A stretch of 32,000 nucleotides of DNA from positions 3,030,001-3,062,000 of the forward strand of contig NC_016803.1 in assembly GCF_000189295.2 (NCBI RefSeq). The letters run 5' to 3'. Each line of letters begins with the position of its first letter. The stretch's first letter is position 1. Of this stretch, positions 7,803-14,467 are shown piece by piece. The DNA is from Pseudodesulfovibrio mercurii. Lineage in GTDB: Bacteria > Desulfobacterota > Desulfovibrionia > Desulfovibrionales > Desulfovibrionaceae. The notes under the pieces are model-generated. The model did no database searches, was not told the DNA's origin, and saw only the letters and a list, made by a program, of their open reading frames with translations. The position numbers and the translations under genes are program-made.

Positions 7803-8175
7803 GGCCCGCGCTCCGCTTGAGGACCGAGGCGAAGGACCTGCGCCCGGCCGGTTCCGGCTCCGGGGCGGCCTCCTCCTCGGCCAGCAGGGTGACGTTGTGC
7901 TCGGTCACGCCCAGCAGCAAATCCTTGTCGCGGTAGCGGACCACCGCCACGGACTGGCGGTTGCCGAGCATCAGCCGGTTGACCAGCCGGGGGCCGTTGG
8001 GCCCGGAGGAGGTCAGCGCGCCGGGCACGCCGAAGCGTTTGAGCAGCCAGTAGGCCAGAAAAATGACGCCGAGCAGCAGGAACAGGTAACCGGCGGTGGT
8101 CAGGATGGTGGTTCCCGAATCCACTGCCGGAAGCTGCACCGGGGCGGCCGCGCCGACCGAAACGGGGCTAGCCAA
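7795..8175 (-). CDS. fliO: Flagellar biosynthesis protein FliO
   Basis: 126 aa with a single TM segment (GYLFLLLGVIFLAYWLLKRFG), then the FliO-like LGNRQSVAVVRYRDKDLLLGVTEHNVTLL. Sits between fliN and fliP. The start (TTG at 8175) is uncertain. Confidence 0.8.
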   Translation of the reverse strand: MASPVSVGAAAPVQLPAVDSGTTILTTAGYLFLLLGVIFLAYWLLKRFGVPGALTSSGPNGPRLVNRLMLGNRQSVAVVRYRDKDLLLGVTEHNVTLLAEEEAAPEPEPAGRRSFASVLKRSAGRD

Positions 8176-8719
8176 GCTGCTTCACCCGCTCGATGGGGCT
8201 GATGATGTCCGTCAGCCGGATGCCGAACTTCTCGTTGATGACCACGGCCTCGCCGCGCGCCACCAGCTTGCCGTTGACGTAGATTTCCAGCGGCTCGCCG
8301 GCCAGCTTGTTCAGCTCGACCACGGACCCCTGGCCCAGTTGCAGCAGCTCGTTGATCAGCAGCTTGGTGCGGCCCAGCTCGGCCGAGACCTCCAGCGGGA
8401 TGTCCAGGATGAAGTCCAGGTCGCGCTTGCCCGAGGAGCTGCCCGCCTTGGCGTCCGGGCCCATGTCGGGCAGTTCGTAGTCGTGGGTCTGGGTGGACAG
8501 GAAGGCCTGCTCCTTTTCGTGGCGGACCTCCTCCTGCTCGGTCTCGGCCAGGGCGGCGGCCCATTCGTCGGCCAGGGCCTCGTCGTCGCTGCCCATGTCG
8601 GCGCTGCCCGCCTCGGAGGGGTCGGTCACGTCGTCCAGGTTCCCCAGGGGGTCCGAATCGCCGCTCTCGAGCAGGGCGTCGGCCCATTCCTGCGCGAGTT
8701 TATCCTGATCGTCAGCCAT
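8168..8719 (-). CDS. fliN: Flagellar motor switch protein FliN with an extended acidic N-terminus
   Basis: C-terminus DLDFILDIPLEVSAELGRTKLLINELLQLGQGSVVELNKLAGEPLEIYVNGKLVARGEAVVINEKFGIRLTDI is a typical FliN/SpoA domain. Start placed at ATG 8719 (GAGGTGA upstream); the ORF track extends to a TTG at 8764. Confidence 0.9.
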   Translation of the reverse strand: MADDQDKLAQEWADALLESGDSDPLGNLDDVTDPSEAGSADMGSDDEALADEWAAALAETEQEEVRHEKEQAFLSTQTHDYELPDMGPDAKAGSSSGKRDLDFILDIPLEVSAELGRTKLLINELLQLGQGSVVELNKLAGEPLEIYVNGKLVARGEAVVINEKFGIRLTDIISPIERVKQLG

Positions 8720-8803
8720 GTCGCTCACCTCGTTGAAAACGTTGTTCATCGTCCGGGCCGTCAAAAACCGGGACGGCCCGAAACCGAACTAGCAAGAAGC
8801 GTG

Positions 8804-9307
8804 CTATTGAATGACCATCTCGGTGATGTAGACCCGGAGCACCCCGCCGTTGCCGATGATCTGGTTCAGGCGGTCGGCGATCTCCTGCTTGAGCTCCACC
8901 TTGTCCTGCATGGTGGACAACCCCTCGTAGGTCTTGCTGGACAGGAGCAGGAGCAGGGTGTCCTTGACCTTGGCCTCGTACTTGGTCAGGGCGGCCTGGG
9001 CGTCGGCGTCGCGCACCTCCACCTCCACCCCGAGCTTCAGGTAGCGTCGACCCAGGGGGTCGGCCAGGTTGACCAGGAACGTGGGCAGGGCCACGATCTG
9101 GCCCTCCAGCTGTTCGGCGGGCTTGCCGGGGTCGCCCGCGGCGTCGGTCTGCGCGGCCGTGTCCTCGGCGGGCGCGGCAAAGAACATCTTGTAGCCGAAC
9201 CAGCCGCCCACGCCCAGCGCCGCCAGCAGGACGACGAGGATGATCCACTTGAGCAGGCCGCCCTTCTTCTTTTTTCCTTCTTCCTGGAGCAGTGCTTCTT
9301 CAGCCAT
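8804..9307 (-). CDS. fliL: Flagellar basal-body-associated protein FliL
   Basis: 167 aa. N-terminal Lys-rich segment plus one TM (LLKWIILVVLLAALGVGGWFGY), then FLVNLADPLGRRYLKLGVEVEV...LRVYITEMVIQ, typical FliL. Confidence 0.9.
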   Translation of the reverse strand: MAEEALLQEEGKKKKGGLLKWIILVVLLAALGVGGWFGYKMFFAAPAEDTAAQTDAAGDPGKPAEQLEGQIVALPTFLVNLADPLGRRYLKLGVEVEVRDADAQAALTKYEAKVKDTLLLLLSSKTYEGLSTMQDKVELKQEIADRLNQIIGNGGVLRVYITEMVIQ

Positions 9308-9385
9308 GGCAGTTCCCTTTTTCGCGGGTTGTTATCCGTTGCTTATCGTCAATCGGCCCGGTTTGCCAGGCCCTTTTCAGGTCCG

Positions 9386-10111
9386 TCAATAGCCGCCGAT
9401 GGGCCGGGCGGTCTTGAGCAGTATCTCCACCCGCCGGTTCCTGGGCGAGGCCACGGGCCGGCCCAGTTCGTTGATCACCGGGAAGGCGTCGCCGTAGGCG
9501 GACAGGGAGAATCGCGAGTCGTGCACGCCCTTGTCCACCAGGAAGGCGAGCACGGCCAGGGCGCGGTCCCCGGACAGTTCGAGCGGGGTCTGGGTCGCGT
9601 CCGAGGCGTCGGTGTACCCGGCCACGTTGATGGGCGCGTCGGTCTGGGTCATCATCGGCACCAGACGGGCCATGAGGAATTTGCCCGTGTCGGACAGCTC
9701 GGACCCGCCCGGGGCGAATAAAATCCGGTCGGTGAAGACCAGGGCAACGCCGTCCTGCTTGGCCAGGACGTCGAGGTTGTCGTTCAGTTCGGCCTTGCTG
9801 ATCTCGTCGGGCAGGATGTCGTCCGGGAAGAGCAGGTCCTTGATGCGCTGCTGTTTGTCCAGGACCTCCCACGGCTTTTCCATGAGCTCGACGATGAGCC
9901 GCTCCTTGGCGTTGACCCGGCCCGAGCCGCGCTTGTCGAGCAGGCCGAGGTCCGCGGTGGTCAGGGTGACCTTGGTCAGGATGGAATTGTCCATGGAGGC
10001 CATGGTCAGGAGCAGGACGAAAAAGGTCAGCAGCAGGGTCATCAGGTCCGAGAACGTGACCAGCCACAGGGCGATGGGCGGGCAGGGCGCTTCCTTCTTT
10101 TTCTTGCCCAT
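9386..10111 (-). CDS. MotB-like stator protein, second paralog (OmpA-like C-terminal domain)
   Basis: 241 aa. N-terminus MGKKKKEAPCPPIALWLVTFSDLMTLLLTFFVLLL has the MotB TM segment with the conserved Asp. C-terminus VAGYTD...SGDRALAVLAFLVDKGV...NRRVEILL is OmpA/MotB-like. Starts 2 nt after the preceding motB stop. Confidence 0.85.
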   Translation of the reverse strand: MGKKKKEAPCPPIALWLVTFSDLMTLLLTFFVLLLTMASMDNSILTKVTLTTADLGLLDKRGSGRVNAKERLIVELMEKPWEVLDKQQRIKDLLFPDDILPDEISKAELNDNLDVLAKQDGVALVFTDRILFAPGGSELSDTGKFLMARLVPMMTQTDAPINVAGYTDASDATQTPLELSGDRALAVLAFLVDKGVHDSRFSLSAYGDAFPVINELGRPVASPRNRRVEILLKTARPIGGY

Positions 10112-10113
10112 GG

Positions 10114-10935
10114 CTATTGCAGCTCCTTGGGCGTGGACACGTCGAACTCGAAGCCGTCCACGCTCATGGCGTCCCGGCGGTCGGGCACCACGGGCATGGT
10201 CTCGACGATGCGGTCGCTCAGGCGGCTGGAGCGCTTGTCCAGGACGATGTCAACCCGCCGGTTGCGGGCCCGGTTCTCCGGGGTGTCCGGCGGATAGTGC
10301 GGCCGGTACTTGCCGAACCCCTCCACGCGGAGCATGTCCGGGCTCATGCCCTTGTCGAGCAGGTAGCGGTAGATGGCCAGGGTCCGGTTCAGGGAGAGCT
10401 TCCAGGAGAGGTCCGGGTTGCGGCTGTCGTCGCCGGGCTGGTAGTTCATGCCGAGCTCGTCGCGCAGGTCCGAGGTGTGCCCGGCCAGGAGCAGGGGGTA
10501 CTTGACCTGTTCGAGCAGGGGCAGGAAGCGGTCCAGGGTGGCCCGCCCCTCGGGGCTCAGGGTGTAGCCGTCCGGGCCGAAGAGCAGGCTCGCGTTGATG
10601 GACAGGATCTGGACGAAGCGGCTGGAGGAAAAGTTGATGTCCTGGCTCACGTTCTCCCATTTCAGGGACTGGAGCGGCTCCAGGTCGCCGGTGTCGATGG
10701 GGCCGGGCTCCACGGTCTTTTTGGTGTCCTTCTGGGAGAAGGTGTCGTAGCCGGCCTGGTTGAAGCCGAAGGTGCCGATGATGGAGCCGAGCGCCACCAG
10801 CTTGCGCCGCTGGTCGATGGTGGCCATGGACACGAGCAGGATGAAGAAGGTCAGCATGAGGGTCATGCAGTCCGCGAACGTGACCATCCACAGCGGCATC
10901 TCCTCGCAGTTCCGTTTTTGCTTCTTCTTGGCCAT
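10114..10935 (-). CDS. motB: Flagellar stator protein MotB
   Basis: 273 aa. MAKKKQKRNCEEMPLWMVTFADCMTLMLTFFILLVS (TM segment with Asp). C-terminal OmpA-like domain LAGHTS...LSLNRTLAIYRYLLDKGM...NRRVDIVL. Directly downstream of motA. Confidence 0.9.
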   Translation of the reverse strand: MAKKKQKRNCEEMPLWMVTFADCMTLMLTFFILLVSMATIDQRRKLVALGSIIGTFGFNQAGYDTFSQKDTKKTVEPGPIDTGDLEPLQSLKWENVSQDINFSSSRFVQILSINASLLFGPDGYTLSPEGRATLDRFLPLLEQVKYPLLLAGHTSDLRDELGMNYQPGDDSRNPDLSWKLSLNRTLAIYRYLLDKGMSPDMLRVEGFGKYRPHYPPDTPENRARNRRVDIVLDKRSSRLSDRIVETMPVVPDRRDAMSVDGFEFDVSTPKELQ

Positions 10936-10959
10936 GGCGCGCCCCCTCGGGCGGGATGG

Positions 10960-11721
10960 TTAGTCGGAGACGATCCTGTCCTTGGGCGGCAGGTAGCTGT
11001 TCAGCTTCTCCTCGATGATGCGCGGGTTCTCGCCCTTGGAGATGGACAGGATGCCCTCCATGATCATCTCGCGCAGCAGGACCTCCTCCTTGCTGCGCGC
11101 CTTGAGCTTGCCCGCCATGGGCATGAGCACGAGGTTGGCGATGATCGCCCCGTACAGGGTGGTCAGGAGGGCCACGGCCATGGCCGGGCCGATGGAGGAC
11201 GGGTCGCTCATGGTCTGGAGCATCTGGACCAGGCCGATGACCGTGCCGATCATGCCCATGGCCGGGGCCAGGGTGCCCAGGGCCGAGACCACGTCCGCGC
11301 CGGTGGCGTGCCGCTCGGCCAGGTAGGAGATCTCGGTCTCCAGGATCTCCTGGATTGTCTGGGGCTCCAGGCCGTCCACGGTCAGCTGCAGCCCCTTGCG
11401 CATGTAGTCGTCGTCGATCTCCTTGATGAGCGGCTCAAGCGACAGGATGCCCTCGCGGCGGGCGCGGTTGGCGTAGTCCTTGAAGCGGTCGATGACCTCG
11501 GCCGGGGAGTCCAGACTGGAAAAGAAGGTGTTCTTGATGACCCCGATGACGCCGATGACGTAGTTCATGGGGTAGTTGACCAATCCGGCCCCGATGGTGC
11601 CGCCCACCACGATGAGCAGGGAGGGCACGGACACGAAGATGATCAGGCTGGAGCCCGTCATGATGGCCGACAGGACCAGTCCGAAGGAGAGGACGATGCC
11701 GATTATGGTACCCAGATCCAT
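10960..11721 (-). CDS. motA: Flagellar stator protein MotA (MotA/PomA family)
   Basis: 253 aa. MDLGTIIGIVLSFGLVLSAIM..., and C-terminal TMs with MGMIGTVIGLVQML and AVALLTTLYGAIIANLVLMPMAGKL, typical of the MotA/TolQ/ExbB family. Confidence 0.93.
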   Translation of the reverse strand: MDLGTIIGIVLSFGLVLSAIMTGSSLIIFVSVPSLLIVVGGTIGAGLVNYPMNYVIGVIGVIKNTFFSSLDSPAEVIDRFKDYANRARREGILSLEPLIKEIDDDYMRKGLQLTVDGLEPQTIQEILETEISYLAERHATGADVVSALGTLAPAMGMIGTVIGLVQMLQTMSDPSSIGPAMAVALLTTLYGAIIANLVLMPMAGKLKARSKEEVLLREMIMEGILSISKGENPRIIEEKLNSYLPPKDRIVSD

Positions 11722-11739
11722 GCTGTCTCCGCTTTGTTC

Positions 11740-12447
11740 TTAGCCGCGCGGCGGCCTCGCCCCGAAAATCCGCGTGCCGATGCGCACCAGCGTCGCCCCC
11801 TCCTGCACGGCCGGGACGAAGTCGCCGGTCATGCCCATGGACAGGTGCGGCAGGGACACGCCCAGCCTCGGTTCCAGCCCGTCGCGCAGCTCCCGCAGCC
11901 GGGCGAACACCGGCCTGGCCCGCTCGGGCTCGTCGAAAAACGGCGGCATCGTCATCAATCCGACGAGCCGCAGCCCCTCCATGCCGAGGACCGCCTCGGC
12001 CAGCTCGGGCAGGCTTTCCACCGTGATTCCGGACTTTTGCGTTTCCCCCGCAATGTTCACCTGAATCAGGATGTCCTGGACGACGTCCAGGCTCACCGCC
12101 TTTTTATGCAACGCCTGGGCCAGCTTGGAGGAATCCACGCTGTGCACCAGGGCGAACTTCCCGGCCACGTACTTGGCCTTGTTGGACTGCAACCCGCCGA
12201 TGAAATGCCAGTTGACGTTCAGCCCGGCCAACTCGTTCTGCTTGTCCAGGGCCTCCTGGACGTAGTTCTCGCCGAATTCGGTCTGGCCGGTCTCGGCCAG
12301 GTCCCGGATGTCCGAGGCCGGGTGCAGCTTGGACACGGCCACCAGGGTGACGTCCTCGGCCGCGCGGCCCGCCTGTCCGGCGGCCACGGCCAGGGCCTCG
12401 CGCACCTCGGCCGCCCGTTCGGCCAGTTCCCGTTTTCTCTCGTTCAT
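11740..12447 (-). CDS. yggS: YggS-family pyridoxal-phosphate homeostasis protein
   Basis: 235 aa. VTLVAVSKLHP (PLP lysine context), GENYVQEA, WHFIGGLQSNK, MGMTGDF and RIGTRIFG are classic YggS/YBL036C motifs. Confidence 0.92.
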   Translation of the reverse strand: MNERKRELAERAAEVREALAVAAGQAGRAAEDVTLVAVSKLHPASDIRDLAETGQTEFGENYVQEALDKQNELAGLNVNWHFIGGLQSNKAKYVAGKFALVHSVDSSKLAQALHKKAVSLDVVQDILIQVNIAGETQKSGITVESLPELAEAVLGMEGLRLVGLMTMPPFFDEPERARPVFARLRELRDGLEPRLGVSLPHLSMGMTGDFVPAVQEGATLVRIGTRIFGARPPRG

Positions 12448-12512
12448 GTTCGACTCTGCCCCACCGGACCGCTGCCGACCCGCCCAATCGGGCCCTTAGG
12501 TCCCAATGGCTC

Positions 12513-12539
12513 TTATCGGTCCGATTTTCAATTAGTTTA
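12513..12539 (-). promoter_or_regulatory. Sigma-28 (FliA)-type promoter upstream of yggS-motA-motB
   Basis: Minus strand reads TAAA (12539-12536), exactly 15 nt, then ACCGATAA (12520-12513). The consensus is TAAA-N15-GCCGATAA, so this is 4/4 and 7/8 with correct spacing. It lies 66 nt upstream of the yggS ATG in an AT-rich island. Confidence 0.6.
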
Positions 12540-12793
12540 CTGAGTTACTGATGATTTTTCGCAACCGTTCGCCGCGTATCCGCTTATACCACGACTTTGC
12601 GCCCCCTAACCACCCGAAATTTTACCGGAACTGTAACCGCATGAAAATGGCCAATATTGCCGGAATGTTAAGTCTAGATTTTCTCTAGTACCCCGGCCAA
12701 CAGAATCCTGACAGTATTTTCTTTCTCCCCATACCGGCCCCTCGCCTACGCCACCCCCCCGGCCCGAAGACCACCACAAACGCCCCCGCACCT

Positions 12794-12910
12794 CGCGAAG
12801 CGGCACTAAAAAGTTTAGGAAGGAGAGGGGGATGGGGGTCCGGGGGAAGGAGGAGAGGGAAGCCCTTTTCAAAGGGTTCCCTCTCCCCCCTTCCCCCGGC
12901 CGCCGGAGGC
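12794..12910. repeat. Repeat family 1, copy 1: ~117-nt G-tract / C-tract imperfect hairpin element
   Basis: CGCGAAGCGGCACTAAAAAGTTTAGGAAGGAGAGGGGGATGGGGGTCCGGGGGAAGG...GCCCTTTTCAAAGGG...CCCCCCTTCCCCCGGCCGCCGGAGGC. A near-identical copy lies at 18365-18478 in the same orientation. Both copies sit just 3' of a minus-strand gene. Confidence 0.85.
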
Positions 12911-12917
12911 GGAACAT

Positions 12918-12943
12918 GCCGGGCGCGGCGAGCCGCGCCCGGC
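12918..12943 (-). terminator. GC-rich hairpin just downstream of the HD-domain gene
   Basis: Perfect 11-bp stem GCCGGGCGCGG / CCGCGCCCGGC with a 4-nt loop, 18 nt after the stop at 12961. No clear T-run, so terminator function is uncertain. Confidence 0.4.
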
Positions 12944-12960
12944 GTGGAGTGTGACCGCCC

Positions 12961-14091
12961 TTAGGCGGGGGTGACGATGGCGTGGATGGTGCGGACGAGT
13001 TCGGGTTCGCCCTGGGCGGCGTAGGTTTCGTACAGGGACATGATGGTCGCCTGGGAGTAGACGTAGTTGCGGAACTGCTTGAACGGCTTGGCCTTGAGGT
13101 CGGCCTGGGAGATTTTGTAGTCGCGCACGGCCACCTTTTCGAGGACGGGCAGGACCCACTGGTTGGCGGGCACGGTCAGGACCCAGTCGTGGTCGCCGAG
13201 GTGGGTGACGAACCCTTCCTGGCGGCGGGGCAGGGGCAGGGTCCTGCCGTCGGCGGCGAGCAGGCCGTAGGCCACGGGATCGACGCCCGCGATGATGGAC
13301 GCGGCGGTCAGCCAGCCGACCACTTGGGCCTCGTCCTGTTCGGTGCGCGGGTGGTTGTGGGCGCAGGCCTGGGCCACGACGACCTCGGCCGGGACGCCCC
13401 GGTGGATGGACTCGGCCACGCCCAGGGGGTGGTGCTCGCCGGTTCCGGCCAGGGAGCGCTCGGTGCGGGACTCGCCGTCCGCGTTCCACTGGAAGACCCA
13501 GGGCTTGTGCAGGTCGTGCAGGAGCTGGGCGGCGATGACCACGTCGCGGTCGAGCATGTAGTCGTAGACCTCGCGGTAGCCGTCGTACAGGGCCATGGAC
13601 ACGCGGGTGTTCAGGCCGGTGTGGGTGCACAGCCCGCCGGGGTAGGCGTGGTGGCTGGAATAGCCGGAGCCGGGCGCGGAGCGGAAGGGCTGGGGCGCGT
13701 TGGCCGGGTCGGCCGAGGGCGGCAGGAAGTCGGCCTCGGAGACGTCCTTGATCAGCCCCTTGGCGGCCAGCTCCTTGTGGATGGCCTGCTTCTCGGACGC
13801 GCCGATACCCTTGGTGACGGTGGGCGCGGGGTTGTTCAGGATTTCCCGGACCTGGGCGCGCAGGGCCGGGTTGCGGATGGCCGCGGCGGCCTGGAGGATG
13901 GACTCCCAGGAGGCGGACACCGGGCCCGAGGCGTCGGCCATGGCCTCGGGAGTCATGGCCAGACACTCGTCCAGGGTCACGGCGGACGGGGCGGCCTGGG
14001 CGCGCACGGGCAGGGCGGTGATCGCGGCGGCGGCCCCGGCCAGGGCCCCCAGTTTCAGGAAATCACGACGATTAAGAGCTTCGGAAGACAT
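12961..14091 (-). CDS. Tat-signal-bearing HD-domain metal-dependent hydrolase family protein
   Basis: Start placed at ATG 14091 (AAGGAGAAAACA upstream), giving MSSEALNRRDFLKLGALAGAAAAITALPVRAQA, a twin-arginine signal. His/Asp motifs SHHAYPGGL, LLHDLHKPW and GEHHPLG are consistent with an HD-type metal site. Confidence 0.65.
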   Translation of the reverse strand: MSSEALNRRDFLKLGALAGAAAAITALPVRAQAAPSAVTLDECLAMTPEAMADASGPVSASWESILQAAAAIRNPALRAQVREILNNPAPTVTKGIGASEKQAIHKELAAKGLIKDVSEADFLPPSADPANAPQPFRSAPGSGYSSHHAYPGGLCTHTGLNTRVSMALYDGYREVYDYMLDRDVVIAAQLLHDLHKPWVFQWNADGESRTERSLAGTGEHHPLGVAESIHRGVPAEVVVAQACAHNHPRTEQDEAQVVGWLTAASIIAGVDPVAYGLLAADGRTLPLPRRQEGFVTHLGDHDWVLTVPANQWVLPVLEKVAVRDYKISQADLKAKPFKQFRNYVYSQATIMSLYETYAAQGEPELVRTIHAIVTPA

Positions 14092-14286
14092 TGTTTTCTC
14101 CTTGAATGCAGATAGGTTGTATGATCTCGTGACCATACCCCGCCCTTTGGTCGGCAGCCTGACGAACGGGTGACGGAATGTGCCCCGCGCATGGAGAATG
14201 GGTCACAGCCGGGCCGGGCCGGGCATTGCACCGGGACGGAAAATAGGAGAAAATGACCGTTTCACCCATTATCCATATAAAGAGGC

Positions 14287-14316
14287 TTGACGAGTCGGCG
14301 GAAAAGCGGGCATAGA
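14287..14316 (+). promoter_or_regulatory. Candidate sigma-70 promoter for topA
   Basis: TTGACG (14287-14292), a 17-18 nt spacer, then GCATAG/CATAGA, preceded by the AT-rich CCATATAAAGAGG. The -10 is weak. Confidence 0.3.
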
Positions 14317-14395
14317 CCCCCCTCAGTCTGTCGGGAACGGGTTTCGGACGTGCCGGGACCCCGCCGCCACCAAGACAGGCCGGATACAATCCTTC

Positions 14396-14449
14396 GGTTG
14401 TTGAAGGATGCGCGAGTGCGAGGACGCAATCGCGCGTCCTTCAACAGCC
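14396..14449 (+). promoter_or_regulatory. Long stem-loop in the topA 5' leader
   Basis: GTTGAAGGATGCGCG (14400-14414) pairs with CGCGCGTCCTTCAAC (14431-14445) with one G-U position. The stem is extendable to 14396/14449 and has an inner TGCG/CGCA stem. It ends 18 nt before ATG 14468, next to the purine-rich GAGAAGAGAG. Confidence 0.45.
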
Positions 14450-14467
14450 TGAGAAGAGAGCCGCAAC

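Noticed and set aside
9343-9350. Sigma-28 -10-like GACGATAA upstream of fliL (7/8 match on the minus strand)
   Set aside because: No TAAA-like -35 element at the required 15-nt spacing; the sequence there is CTGG. fliL is more simply explained as co-transcribed with the upstream mot genes.
8096-12543. Long plus-strand ORFs 8096-9721 (541 aa) and 10117-12543 (808 aa)
   Set aside because: They are antisense to clearly recognisable fliN, fliL, motB, motB', motA and yggS, with a low-complexity Gly/Arg/Val/Asp composition. These are high-GC antisense artefacts.
12606-12917. Small ORFs spanning the family-1 repeat copies (12606-12917 and 18274-18480, minus strand) as a possible conserved peptide
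   Set aside because: The two copies translate similarly for only a few residues and then fall into different frames (…LNFLVPLRE vs …PKLFSAASR over the same nucleotides). Conservation is therefore at the nucleotide or structure level, not at the protein level.
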